A stretch of DNA of 64,000 nt from Vicugna vicugna (taxonomy: Eukaryota): positions 1,311,308 to 1,375,307 of the forward strand of contig MU061578.1 in NCBI GenBank assembly GCA_013265495.1. The letters are read 5' to 3'. Within the stretch, counting starts at the first letter, position 1. Each line of letters starts with the position of its first letter. The position numbers and the translations under genes were made by a program. The notes under the pieces are model-generated. The model was not told where the DNA came from. It saw only the letters and a program-made list of their open reading frames with translations, and made no database searches. Shown piece by piece: positions 12,090-25,539 of the stretch.

Positions 12090-12973
12090 AACATCTCTCC
12101 ATTCATGCCAGGATAGGAAGGGGGGCAGTGGGTTTAAACCATTCACTAAGCAGAGGCAAGAGCCGAAGCTGCCCCCATTGGTCCCAAGTCTTTGGTTCTT
12201 CCCCACTCCATGTTTGTTCTTCAATTAAGGTCTTTAATACAACCTCCTGAGAAGTACGTGAGAAAGTCCAGCATGGGGGTGTCTCTTGACAGATGCAAGT
12301 GTAACTAGAAGAAAATCGAGCCTGCTGGTTCCTCCTTTTGAGGACAGGCTTGACACAGAAGCAGTTCAGTGCCAAAGGTCTCAGGGGGACAATTAATGTA
12401 GGAGGTGGCAAGTGAGAAGTTCACAGCAAGACTCTCTAAAAACTCATCACCCACCCCCTCACAGTCCCACTATTCAAAGCAAAGTCTCCCCTCCTCCAGC
12501 CCTCCCGAAACTTCACAGGTCCTGCCCCTCTCGGCACAGGTTCTCCTGTGGACACTCCCCAGCCGTGTCCTCACTGTCTCCATCTGTTCCCTGAGAGCAA
12601 TCTAGCCAGCTCCTCCTACAGCCCCCACTCAGATTTGCCAAACAAAGCAAAGGTAATCAGCTGAATCAAAAAGGTATCCTCACCCTCATTAAAAGGGGGC
12701 TTGGGATAAGGAAGGATGGCAAATACTCTTATTTTTCTTATTGCTGTCACACAAGGAACAGAATGCACCAGCCTATGAAACCAATATTTCACAGAGACAC
12801 TCACGAGGGAGCAAAGACTGCCCTTTTAACAAAGCAAGTGACGAACTGAGTTAATGCACGAGATTCATATGTTGCTTGAGTGTGATCATTTTAAAGACCT
12901 CTAACCAGTAAGATGTAGAAGAAAAATCTCAGAATCAATTAGTCCAGAACACAGAGAGCTGTGTGCATGTGTA

Positions 12974-13040
12974 TCTGTGTGTGCACGGATGTGTGGTGTG
13001 TCTGTGTGTGCACGGATGTGTGGTGTGTCTGTGTATGCAC
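12974..13040. repeat. 27-bp TG-rich tandem repeat, about 2.5 copies
   Basis: tctgtgtgtgcacggatgtgtggtgtg at 12974-13000 and 13001-13027, plus a partial third copy. Confidence 0.9.
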
Positions 13041-13129
13041 CAGAAGGGTTTAAAGATGAAGGGGGGAAAGAACAATTTATGGACAACTTACTATGGTATG
13101 CCAGGGACGATCCCCAAATTAAATTTCGT

Positions 13130-13280
13130 CCTTGCCACAACCTCGTAAGGCTGAAATAATTAGCCTTTCTGACCTTATAGATGAGGACACCAGGATTCAG
13201 AGAGAAGACTTGCCCAAGGTTATGAAGCTGTTAAGTGATAGAAATGGGGTTTGAACTCCTTCTATCTGCCTCCGATTTTG
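13130..13280 (-). mobile_element. MIR SINE
   Basis: tatagatgaggacacc...gacttgcccaaggttatgaagctgttaagtgatagaaatggggtttgaac. Confidence 0.8.
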
Positions 13281-15019
13281 GTTCCTAATCCTGGCCACGT
13301 TTCAAGATCCTCTGGACGGCCTGCCCTCCGGGATTCAGTGACATACCCAAGAGGAGGCTTGGGAGCCAGCACTTGCAGCAAACTCCCCAGGTGATCCAGA
13401 CCCTAGAAAAGCCATGCCTCTCCAAGCTCAGTTCCCCCCACTGCAAAATAAGGTGGTTGCAGGGTGGGGCTTTTCCTGGGGATCTTGGTGGCTCAAACAA
13501 TCCGGGGATGATAATGAACATTGCACAGGGGAGGACAAGGAGTGAAGGACGAGCGCTGCATTATATCTTAACTATCATGTTTTCATTTAAACAGATAAAT
13601 GCTTCAACAAGATTATGGTTTACACAGAGGTTTCTTCCTGCCTGACAATTTTTAGTCATGTAATTTTTTAAATGCCAATCATTAAATACTACACACATAG
13701 AAGCCTGCCAGCGCTACTAATGGAAAGGGGCATGTTACTGAAAATATAAATCAACTCCTCAGGCCTTAAAATGCCATAAATAAGCCAGTCTCTGTGTCAA
13801 AATTGGTATGATGACCAGAATCGCTCGGCTGATTTATTACACGGCGACTTTGTAATCAACACCCCGTTGATCTGCCACTTTCTTTCTACATAAACATGTG
13901 AATAACTTTTTGACATCAAAATAAATCATAACTACTTGATCTAAAAATCTAACTTCCAAGCTGCCTGCAAAGGTGATTGACACTTCAGGTGTTGTCCATT
14001 ATTTTATGTTAGAGCCTTGTTGACAGAGAAGTTTTATTTCTCCCTTGTCGTCCTTTGAGTGATATGTGCGCTTGGCTCAATATCCTGTCTTGGCTATTGA
14101 GTAAGACCTCTTGGATTTGCAAAAATGTAAACAGTTTTATAAATTACAGGTTACTCTTCTGTCATAAGAGGGATGCAATTATGAAAGAGAAAAAAAAAAA
14201 CACAACTTTACATAAACATCTAGCACTGGCCACCACTGTGCAAGGACAGATTTAATTAATCTACCCAGCAACTGTTCTTTTCTGGTGTGAATATTAATTG
14301 CAAACCGGTTTGAAATCTTGATGTTCAAAGACAAACGTACAAAATTAATCATCATCCTTTATATATATAAATATGTGTGTGTGGCATCTTTTACTTTTAC
14401 GTGATGAAACAGTGTAGTCTCGGTTAAAAGTTAAATTATTCTTGGTTTGCCTGTCTCTGCTTTATTTCTGCGGTTCATTTGAAGAGAGAGCTCCAAGGAT
14501 AACTAAAGTCTGAAAGCACTGAATACACAAATCTAGCTTACCAAAGTATAAAGAAAAAACATGGGTATGGTTTTTTTTCCAATTAAAAGCAGCATGCACT
14601 TTAGTTTTTATTCATTGAAAGATCTTCAAAAACATTTGAATATTTGCATCTTTGTTTCTCTACCTACAAAATGGACATAATAATGCTTGCTTAACATACA
14701 CAGCCAGGCTAGGTGAGATTGGATAGTCTTCCCAAAGCTATCCTTTCTGAGTTTAGTTTCCAATCGGTCTAAATTAACTACTTTGTCGAAAGTGGGATGT
14801 GATTGCATGTGTAAATTAAGAGAATCGCCTTCAGACACCTTCCATGATCAGGAGGACTTTATCTTTAGGGGGCTCTTTTGGAACCAGAAATCCATGGAAG
14901 TCAATCAAAGCTCCTATTCCTTCCTGTAAAGACAGCAGGGAAGGACTGCTCCATCAGAGCTGCCCTGCTGATCCCTGACAAAGGCTATGTGCTCCAGAGG
15001 ACATCTGGGGAAAAGTCAA

Positions 15020-15896
15020 ATGGAGGCACACAACAACAGCTTCCAGAAAGAAAAAGGTACACGCACATGTGATCAATCATGTATAGACGGCCGTGTTCTT
15101 CCATGGTGGTCACGGGATTTCCTTCCCAAGTGCTTGTCCATAACGCTGACCTGCCTCCATCAAGAGGTAGGGTGTATGGTGGCTTGAACATGAGTTAATC
15201 TGTTCCCATGTCATTGGATCCACGTAGTGGAAGTGACACCATGTGTAAGGTATCTGGCCATCCTCTCTTTCGGTCATCTCTCTACCGTGAGGCAGACCTT
15301 GTAGAGAGCAGACAGGAAGAGAGAGGCAAAGATCTGAGTAATCCCAGCTGTTCCACCTCTGCCATAGACCAAATGGTTGAGTCCCACCAAAATTCACCTA
15401 CTGAAATCTAACCTCCAATACGATGGTACTTGGAGTGGGTGTGATTAGGTCATGAGAGTGAAGCCCTCATGAATGGGACTAATGTCCTTGTAAAAGAGTC
15501 CCCAGAGAGCTCTCTCACTTGTTCTGCCAGGTGAGGACACAGGGAGAACCGGAAGTGAGCTGTCACCAGTCTCTGAATCTCCCAGACTCCAGAATAGTGA
15601 GAATAAATTTCTGTCATCTATAGGCCACCGAATCCGTGGTATTTTTGTGGTAGCCGCCCAAACGGACTAAGACAAGCCCCTTACTCTTTGAGTTTTCCCA
15701 GCTCAGAAAGGTGAGTGAGGAAGTCTTCAAGACAACCCCAGACGGAGCGACTGTCTCTGGAATCACATGAAAAGTCCTGAGTAAGAACTGTCTACCTGAG
15801 CAGACTCAATCCACAGATTCTTGAATGAAATGAATGGATATTATTTTAAGCCCCTACATCAGGGCAGTTTGTCAAGTAGCAGCAGTAGGTGGAACA
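15020..15896 (+). mobile_element. Old MLT1 LTR (host), split by a nested MLT1A-like LTR
   Basis: cccagctgttcc...agcccc...tttcccagct continuity across the insert; ends ttattttaagcccc...gtagcagcagtaggtggaaca; 5' boundary uncertain. Confidence 0.6.
15360..15674 (+). mobile_element. MLT1A-like MaLR LTR nested in an older MLT1
   Basis: gattaggtcatgagagtgaagccctcatgaatgggac and gaataaatttctg motifs; ends aaacggactaagaca. Confidence 0.85.
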
Positions 15897-16369
15897 CCCC
15901 AGAATAATCATGAACCATCACCCCAGTTTCCAGCCTACCGGCAGCTGAGCAGAACCCCTTAGGAAGATAAATGGCTCTACCATGCTTCATTTATTCTCAT
16001 GGATCTTCCCTACTGGTTCAAAAGAGAGAGCTGAAGTAGATAACAGACCCATCGTCATCTGCCGTGACAGAGACCTTCTGTCCCAGTGCGAAGTGAAAGT
16101 CATCTACCCAGGTTTCACGGTTCCATGTTTCTTTCCTTTTCCGTACGATGGCAGAGCCCCAGGGCAGTTTCCCCAAGCCACCCTCTTTTCTCATCCCCTC
16201 ACCACTTTCCACATCACTGGGAGAGTCTTGGAGCCTCTACCCAAGGCACACGTCACCTGGATGTATATTGTATTATCTTAATGGTATAGAAATAAGTCTC
16301 CCAACTCACAAACAATTTCTAAGCCAGGGGAAAAATTGCCAAATGCCTTTTCTGTTTGCTCAGCTGCAA

Positions 16370-16750
16370 TCCAATTCAAGTCATCACACATTTATAGAAA
16401 GCCGACTCTGTGCCAGGCACTGGGGACACCAAACTCCTGAGTCATCATCCTCATGCTCAGGAAGCACGCGGTGTCGTGTGTAGTAGGTAGTGGGTGGTGG
16501 GGTCAGGCATCGCAACAAATAGCTGTGATTCAGTCCGATACTACAAGGGGTGTGCGCATGAAGCTGTGAGACGCAGAGGAGCGTGGGGGCCTGCTGCAGC
16601 AGAGAGGAATGCTCAGGGAAAATGCCACCAAAGTGGGGAACAAAGCCAGCTTCGAGGGAAGAATAGTTCAGCAGGCGGAAGAGATGAGAAGGGCATTCCT
16701 TCCAGGTGTGGTCTGAGCACAGACAGAGGAACGCAGAAGGAAGTAAAAAT
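16370..16750 (-). mobile_element. L2 3' fragment
   Basis: acatttatagaaagccgactctgtgccaggcactggggacac is the reverse complement of the L2 3' end. Confidence 0.65.
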
Positions 16751-16754
16751 CCCG

Positions 16755-17152
16755 TGTTAAAGACTGAACTGTGTGCTCGCATCAAAAAAAAAAAAAAATT
16801 CATATTGAAGCCCCAGTCCCCCATGCGACTATATTTGAAGGTAGGCCCTTTAAGGAAGTAATTAAGATTATATGAGTCATAAAGTGGGGCCCTAATCCTG
16901 TAAGACTGGTGTCCTTGGAGGAAGAGGGAGAGACACCAGGGATGCATGTGTATACAGGGATAGGGCCATGTGAGGAGACCTTCTCTCTGATGAAGGCAGC
17001 TGCCTGCAAGTCACGGAGAGAGAGGCCTCAGGAGAAGACAAACCTTTGACAAGTGATCTTGGACGTCCAACCTCCAGAACTGTGACTACATTTCTCTTGT
17101 TTAAGTCACCCAGTCTGTGGTATTTGTTCTGGAAGCTCTAGCAGATGAATAC
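16755..17152 (+). mobile_element. MLT1A/B-like MaLR LTR
   Basis: gactgaactgtg...gtggggccctaatcc...gactggtgtcctt...cctccagaactgtg...ttgtttaagtcacccagtctgtggtattt. Confidence 0.88.
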
Positions 17153-18969
17153 GCTCTGAAATAAGTAAAAGTCATCAGCAGAGCCGGTTTCAATGTGAGG
17201 AAGAAAAACCAACTGGTACATTGGTTTTCTTTTCTTTTTCTTTCTGGTTTTGTGCCGTGAAATTAGGTCTCTTGATGAAGGTGTTTCCCGGCCTTTGTTT
17301 CTGCATCCTGGATATTATCTTGTCATTTCTATTCTGGAAGTCAGAGTTTTTTTGGAGGAAAAATTATCACTTACACACATTACTGTACACACCCAAAACA
17401 GAGAAATCAATAATTAAATTTCAGAGGAAAGAAGGAACCTTAACGATCTCTTAGTCTTTCCCTTCAGTTTTACAAATGACATTCCATAGCGTTGAGTTTC
17501 TTTACTGGCTAGAATTCCTTCCTACTCAGATGGTGCAAATCACTCCCCCCCTTGCTCACTGTGACTGGTTCACAGATGGACGGATGACTCAGGTGGCCAA
17601 TTCAACACCCCCCTGGGGTTTATGCCACAGAGGTCAGAAAAGATGTTTCCTCTTCTAGATTGTAAGGGCACTGTCTGCAGTATGGAGAAGCCAGCGACAA
17701 GAAAATGGAACATCCAATGATGGAGAAAAGAGTCTGAAATAACACTGTGACACCAGCCATCTGTACAGACAGACCTGCCTTCATATATGTGTGTACGTAT
17801 TTGCTTTTCTTTGGGATATATGTGTGTGGGCACTTACTGTGTATTAAGGCTGGTCAGTCTAAAGATTATAGGCAAAATTGCCCAGATTTCTTTTTCTATC
17901 TCTCAGTGGGTCTATACCCTGTGATAGCTTTCAATGTAAATGGCACCCCTACCTTCCTCCTACCCTACAACGTCTGCCCAAGTCAGACATCTCCAGTCAA
18001 CCCCAGTAAGAGTTCTCGCCCAGCCTCCCTACCCTCTTCCTCAACAGAGCGCTCAAGACAGCCACTACCGCACAATGGAGTCTGGCCTCCCGGACGAAAC
18101 CCTTCAGCTTTGTTATTCTTATTTTCCCACGCTGGCTTCCTGATTTCCAGAGGGTGAAGCAAGGCTATCTCCAGGGCAGATGGGTGGCTCTCTTAAAGGA
18201 AAAGGCACATGGTGGACGCAGGTTAGTTTGCTGCCATCGCCTGGTTTCACATGGAGAAGCATCATTGTGCTTTTTATTGGTTTGTGGCCCTCTCCTCCCA
18301 AACCCCCAGAAGAAGGGAATGAGAAAACGTGATAAGGCAAAGAATAAAGGAAGGAAATCACCTAATTAAATGAGAACAGATCCCAGGGAAATTGAGGCTC
18401 AGAGAAGTGACATAGCTCTCCCCAGGTGGCAATGACAGAGCAGAATTCAAATCCACTTCTGTCTGGTTCCAAAAACAGTTTTCATGCCTCAAAGGGCAGG
18501 TAGCAGCTAGCTCGGAGGAAAGACAATGAGGGCCGACGGGGGTCCATTCCCGTCCTTGGGGGTGGGGGGGTCCTCTCATCTCGGATCTCCTTCAGCTTTA
18601 TTTAAGTGCATCCCTACGTCCTTCCTGAGAACATACGTTCCCGGCTGGCTGAAATAAGGCCAGTTGAAGACAGAAGCTCGATTCTCCCATCTGTTCCTTC
18701 TCTTAGGGAACCAGTGAGAGTGATGAAGATCCAAAAGGCTCAGGTTGCAAACTCACACCCAGGTGTCTTTGTAATCTTATCTTTTAAAGACAGTTATGTC
18801 ATATCCCACCAGTGGGAAGGGTGACCTTGTTTCAAAATAAAGGCAAAAAATAGGAAAACAAATAAATAGAAAGAAAAGCCTTCTACTCAACATTTTGGCA
18901 GATTCCTAAAAAACAGCCAGAGAGCGGGTGCAGAGGGTCTTAACCTCTGTCCCCCACCCTGAGTATCAC

Positions 18970-19205
18970 CATCACAGCTGGTGTTAATTGAAACGTTCCC
19001 ATGTGCCTGGCAACATGCTAAGAGTTTCCCAGGCACCATCTCATTAAATCCCTGGAATTATAATTATTATTTTTTTAATGGGCACTGGCATTATTGTCTC
19101 CAATGAGGAGCTAGAGACCAATAGGAGTCACATGACTTGCTCAAGGCAAGTGGGAAGTTGTAGGGACAGAAAGAAAGATGATTCCAGTGGCTCCAAAACC
19201 CAAAC
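18970..19205 (-). mobile_element. MIR SINE
   Basis: atgtgcctggcaacatgctaagag...atctcattaaatcc...tgacttgctcaagg. Confidence 0.7.
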
Positions 19206-19475
19206 TCAAGTAATAACATTTACGGTTTTTGCAGACCAAATGCAAATGCAAGTTTCAAATGCAATGAGCCTATAGGGAGGAGGGTTTTCAGGAAGCACTA
19301 GCCAGAGTGGGCGGGGGATAGGAAATAAAACAGGGAGGGAAGGTAGGCTCTACAAAGTTTGTTTGTTCATTATCAAGCTAGTTGACACTGTAGGTCGAAA
19401 TCATGTCCATCAGAGAACCCAGGGAGTAAGCACAGAATGCATGCTTTGCATCATGGATAAGCAACGTAGAGCCAG

Positions 19476-19683
19476 TATAGGGCTGGCCAAACCTGGCCTC
19501 CTGCTTGTCTTTGTAAATAAAGTTTTATTGGAACACAGCCATGCCCATATGTTATTGTCTCTGGCTGCTTTCCTGCCTCTATGGCAGAGTTGAGTAGTTG
19601 GAACAAAGACCATATGGACCACAAATTCAAAGATGATATTTGCTATACTTGGTCCTTTACTGGGAAATGCTTGTCAACCCCTG
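19476..19683. mobile_element. MER58-like hAT-Charlie DNA transposon
   Basis: tttgtaaataaagttttattggaacacagccatgccc core; imperfect terminal inverted repeats tagggctggccaa / ttgtcaacccctg. Confidence 0.85.
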
Positions 19684-21535
19684 ATCTCAAGCTGTCCCAC
19701 CTGAGAGGCAAGAATGCTTGGACATTTACACACCAAATCCTGAGTCACCCACTGAAGAATGCTGGGAGAAGGGTACTCTACTCCCTGGCGCTTCCAGCCT
19801 GACATCTGTGTGGCCAGAGCTGGCTCCAGAAGCTCCCAAAAGACAGGTGGAAAAGACAAGACAACTGCCTTGAAATGGTAAATGCCCCCCAGGTGTCAGG
19901 TAGGGTGGGCACCGATAGCCTCTGTCACAAAGTTGCCAGCTGGTAGCCCCTAAGCCCCAGATTTGCTTTGTTCGGCCATCCAGTGTTTTCCAAAACTGAC
20001 TTAGTGGGAGATTTCTTAATTAAAAAATCCAAATATCCACCTTTTCTTTAAAACTCAGAAAGTCAGTCACCATTGGGTCTCCATTCCTGCATGGCCATTT
20101 AGAAATGGCATGCATTCTCCAGGTCATTAACTGGCCAGCTTTGATGGATTATATTAACTGCCTGTTCCTAGGTGAGCACCTGAGGTTGAGACCCCTGGTG
20201 TATACATTATCATCATCGTAATAGGCTAAAAGAGGTTATATGACTTGCCCAAGGACATGTGACAGGTAAGTGGCTGAGCTGGAACTTGGCTGCCCATTTG
20301 CCTTCCTAAGCAGTCTGAGGTCGCAGCTCCCTTTTGTCCACACTCTCATCTCTGCACTACACTTCCACCTCTGCGTGACCCCCGTGAAAGATCTTTGGGT
20401 GCAGAGCTGGCCTCTGTGCTCTGTCCTCACGAAGCCTGAATAATGCATTAGAGAACAGGGGACGCAGAATGTTAGGATAAGAATAAATGCTGCTAAAAGT
20501 CACGACCCTCTTCCCCCAAGAGGAGCAAGGAGCACTCAACACAGCAGTCAGCCACGTCGCCCCCGCCTTCATTCTTGTGGACAGAAGAGCTGAGAGCGGC
20601 ACATTCTGACCCACCCGGGAATCAGCCATCACCAATCAACTGGAGTTGCTAATTGGATTCTGACAAATCATATCCACAGCCCTCTGTGCCTCAGGCTGGT
20701 CGGTTTGTTTGTCCAGTTTGCAACAGGTGAGATACTCCCATACAAGGGAAGCGTGGTGATGGGGGTTTATCCAAGTAGAAAGGAAGGGGCAGAAAGGTTG
20801 CACAAGAAACCACGTACTGAGCCGTGGAGACAGGCTGAGCTCTTGCACTCTTGAGGCTGGAAAGCACAGGCAGACCTCCCCCCCAAACAAACTGGACAGT
20901 AGCTCAAGATTCAATCCAAGATCTGGGAGGCCCCATGTCTTCATGCACCCATTTCCTAAGAGAAGCTTTCCAAAGTACACCAGAAGCTAGGCACCTGTTG
21001 GTACCACTCTGATCCAAGCCATTATTACCTACAAAGAGGTGAGGGAAGCAGCGATGGGCAGGGAGGATGCTGAGCAAGAGTATGGCCTTAAATAGAGTCC
21101 AGCTTTGTCCTCATCCAAAAGCTAGGATCGGTTTGGGGCTCTGTAGAGTAAATGGCTCTGCAGGGTTGTCCCACCTTAAGGCAAAAACACTAGCCTTTTT
21201 GTTCCTGAATTGGTCATTGACTGCTGGCTGCCTGTCTCCCACCTTGAAGACTGTATGTCACATCTTAGGCAAAGCAAGTCAAAACCATTTGGCCAAGGGC
21301 AGTTGTGCTGAAAGAGGGCAGCTGGAAACCGTTAGCAACCAGCAAGCATAGCATCTGGGGGATGGGTGCACTGGCTTAGTAAAGGACATCTGGTCTGGAC
21401 ACCTAGAGCATCCAGCATAAAGACATTCAGGGATCTTCCCTCTGGCTTCCTCAGCTGGGTGCTGGGTAAGAAGAGCTTTGGGGAATCCAGTTTCCTTTGT
21501 TCAGCCATGAAACATCTCACAAAGGTGGATGGTGA

Positions 21536-21624
21536 TTTTTTTTTTAATGGAGATACTGGGAGTTGGACCCAGGACCTTACGCATGCTAAGCACACGCTCT
21601 ACCACTGAGCTATATCCTGACCCC
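21536..21624 (-). mobile_element. tRNA-Ala-derived simple SINE (Vic-1-like, camelid)
   Basis: Minus strand reads ggggtcaggatatagctcagtggtagagcgtgtgcttagcatgcgtaaggtcctgggtccaactcccagtatctccatt followed by an A tail; near-TSD gtggatggtgatttt (21525-21539) / gtggatgaagatttt (21626-21640). Confidence 0.88.
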
Positions 21625-24119
21625 AGTGGATGAAGATTTTGAGCTTCTACCTTGAACTTGACAGTCACACAGAGCTATGTGCTTTGGCATGCTTCAAACT
21701 GTTCACACCACACTTTGCCCACCCAGAAGAACGGTCCTCCTCAAAATCCATTGGAAGTCAGCTGTCTCCCCCGATAGTGACTTAGAGGTAATATGTAGTG
21801 ACTATTTGAAAAAATTTTCCCCTGTATGGAGGCTTTGTCTCTCAAGAGAGCCTCTAATTGTTCCCTCATCCTCTGACAGTCCCCAGTCTTAAGCTTACAT
21901 ATAATTCAGACAACATTATATCCTGTGCTTAATCCCATCCAGCCCTCGACTCAGCCTCAGAATCCGCTCCACCCTAGAATGTCTCCTGCATCTTGATCAG
22001 CCAATAGCCTCGAGATGGGGATGTTGCCAGCACAGTTAAAGCTCATTTGACCCATTTGACCCTCCCTTACATACTGTGGGTTTCATCAGCCTTTTACCTC
22101 TTGGTACAGTTACTACTTTTCTCAGACCTACAAGACCAAAATCAAGTTTCTGTGTCCATCCATCCTTCCTTTCCATCAGCTCCATCTCTATGACAGATCT
22201 ACCTCATAGCAGGCCCACTCTTATAACACCTGACAGGTGTGGAAGTCGATGGGGACAGGGGTGTCACTGAGCAAGGTAGGTAGGTGAGATCTTGCCAGAA
22301 ATTCAAGTCTACTGGAGGACAAAGGCAAGAACCCTCAAGAAATTCACCAGTGCCATCCCCTAAGGGCAAGGGAGAAAGGGTCTAAGGTTTACGACTCTTC
22401 TATTGTCTGTTAGAGGATTTTCACGCATAGTTAAAATTAAAGATGTCCTAATTTTACAGAGGAGAAAACTGAGGTTCCACATGGCTGAGTTTCCTGTTGG
22501 AAGCCACATGGAGCTAAATAAATAAATATAAAGCTCACTGGAACCCAGCTCTTTCTGCCTCCACAAACTGGGAGTTTCACGTTGCATCGTGCTCCCTCAA
22601 ATAGAGGTACCACGGATCAGAGAGCTGCTGCAGACATCCTTCAGAAGACAGGAAAAAGATGGGATGGAGAAATGCGTATAATAAGACGATGTTTCAAAGA
22701 GGGTTTGATTATTGATTTTTATACACACACACAAGGTCTTTGAATATCCAATTTTTTGGTTCTTTCCAAGAGAATGGATGAGATTTAGGGGAATTTCATT
22801 AAAGGTTCGAAGAATTATTCTTCCCCTCATCAATATTTACCTGAATCATCATTATCATCACCCGCTCATCAGTTTTTGCTGTGTGGACAGAAAGGAGATT
22901 AGAGAAGCTTTAGCTGGTCCTGAATCATTAAGTTCCGGGAATTGTCTGAGGAGACCATGGGCAGCATCACATCTGAGCCTGTGCTTTGAAAGATCTCGCA
23001 AATTTCCACTCGGTCCCAGCAACTTGCAGCGGTGCCTTCCCAAAGGGGCAGCAACAGGGACCCCAACACTCAAGCTCATTCCCTTGCTCCTTCTTTTTTC
23101 TTTTTAAATGCTATGTATGGTGTAAATTATGCAAACCTTAAATATTACCCATGCCATTTTTACTGTCTCATTTAAACAGGAGTTTTGATTAAACAATATA
23201 TTTATGGAGTGGAATTCAGTAATAGGCAGTAAATTACCAGGAGCCTTGACGTTTATCTTCCACCATCTACATGAAATCCTCTTAATGAAAAACTCTGAAA
23301 CTTGGTTTAAATTCCATGTGGCGCAGAGCACATTCATTAACCTAGATAAAAATAGATGTTTACTACATATAGAGAGAGTAAACATCTATTATATATAATA
23401 CATATATATAAGGAGCTAAGTAAAACTTTGGACAAAATTCTACATTATTGGTGACTCTGGGTAATTTATTTAGTTGTCATTTTAAATAAAATTGGCCCAG
23501 AATAATGATTCATGTTATATTCAAGACTGGGATATTTGTTTGAGAAGTGAAGGAAAACCTATGTTTCTCATATTACCAAATTTTAAACTTCATAGTTAAA
23601 ATAGATTTCTCTCCCCTGTAAAGAGCATGGGTTTTCATTTCAGCTATGCCATTCATTCGTGCTGTGACATTGGCAGGTGGCTAAATATTTCTGGGCCACG
23701 GTTTCCTCACCAGAAGGAGGACAGGAAGAGGACAAAATCCATTCGAGCATCCATGGTCCATAGCTCACCAAGTGTCCAGGGAGATCGCCAAGAAAAGTGA
23801 CTATGAGAATAATAATAGCCCATCCCAGGACCAAATCTCCAGTCCCTGTGTCCTGAACTTTGACCCAGAAGGACAGCTCTAAAGCACCCAACTGGATATT
23901 CCCCCTTAAATAACCCCATGGAACATCCACACACAATCAGAAGGAAAAAAAAAAAAACAGAAAGGAAACAAAATAGCATCCACTGAATGTCTGGTAATGC
24001 CAGAATATTAGGCATTTACCTCGCTTAATCGTTACAGTGCATCCAAGTTACGGGTGAGGTTCTGAGATTTTAGGTGCCGCTAATAATAAAAATGATGCCG
24101 AGAACAGCAAAAAAAAAAA

Positions 24120-24300
24120 AAATAGTAACAGCAGTAGTGGGTATATTTTTCTGGCCCCTTACTATTTTCCAGGTAATATTCTAAGCACTTTATTCACTTA
24201 ACTCTCATGGCAACACTATGATTTGGATTCAATACCATTTCCATTTTACGTATGAAGATACCAAAGAAGAGAAAGATTAAAAATGTGTCCAGGAGTTGGC
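24120..24300 (-). mobile_element. MIR SINE
   Basis: ttctaagcactttattcacttaactctcatggcaacactatg...ccattttacgtatgaagatacc. Confidence 0.7.
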
Positions 24301-25539
24301 GCTGGCTTTGATGTGGGTGTTTGCTGGTGCAGAAAACTGACTTATGTCAATGTAATTATTAGACCAGCTAAAGACCTTAGAAGGGAAGAAAGGAACAATC
24401 TTCCTCGTCTCCATCATCATAGCCTGTGAAACAGATTTAGAAGGGGGCAAATATGACTAGTCCAAGTGCCAATAATATATAAAGAAACAAAGGCCGCAGC
24501 TACCCCTGACTCAGCTCAGAACTTGACACAATATAGGTCAGTGGAAAGACTGCGTGGGATTATTTCTAATAATGGGATACTTCTGAGCTCTGGACACACG
24601 CAAACATTTTCAGACCAGGTAGATATCGGCAAAGAAACATCCCCAACAGCCCTAGACAAGCATTCTTACGGCCACAGTTTGGGTGACGGCACGTTCAGCA
24701 TTTTCATGATGTATTTATCACCAGGTATATTTCCCTGTAGATGTGATTAATACACATATTTACAACCAAGCTGGGATTTATAGGAAAATGCACTAATCTG
24801 GGCATTAAACTATATTTCTACTCTGATAAGTCAATTCACAGATTTTTTTTTTTAAACCATAAACTCAAGTAGTTCAAGATGTTCCTAGGCTGATGTACTT
24901 TTCGAGACGTCTGAACACAGTTTCTTCATGCAAGTCCAGACGCAGACGCTGCCCTCAGTACCGCTCTTAGGCAGCTCCCACGCCCACAGACAGGTAAATG
25001 GTCAACACGTGCAAAACTTCGAAATATTAAAGCCCAAATTAATGAGGATTTCCAGTAGGAAATCCAATGTACTTTTCACAGCTCCTGCTAGCCAAGTTGC
25101 TTGGTCAGAGAGCTCTTCAAGAAATCTCCACGTGAGAATTCTTATCTTTTAGAAACAAACAATGAAATGCCAACAAAAGAAACAACCTGTTTCAAAAGAA
25201 TCTTTGTGTGTGGCGGGGGTAGGGGGTGGGGGTTTAATGAATGAGGGTAAAAAAGAAACAAGATTAGCCATGAATTGGCAAATGTTGAACCTGGGTGATG
25301 GGTACATAGGAGATTCCTTGTATCACTCCAATTCTTAATCGATAAATTTGGAATTTTCCAGAATAAAAGTTGAAGAAAATATTACCATTTTAGGAATATT
25401 TAAAAGGTAACATTATTGGCTAGAGGATCTTAAAAATTTCAGAGATCAGCTGAAAATTATCTCTAACTGCCATCTCTTCTGGGCATTTGATGCTTTCAAG
25501 GGGTCACATTTTGATCAGCTTTGTGTTATCAATGCAGCA

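Noticed and set aside
21546..21624. tRNA-Ala gene
   Set aside because: Extended 5' end, degenerate stems, A tail and flanking near-TSD indicate a SINE.
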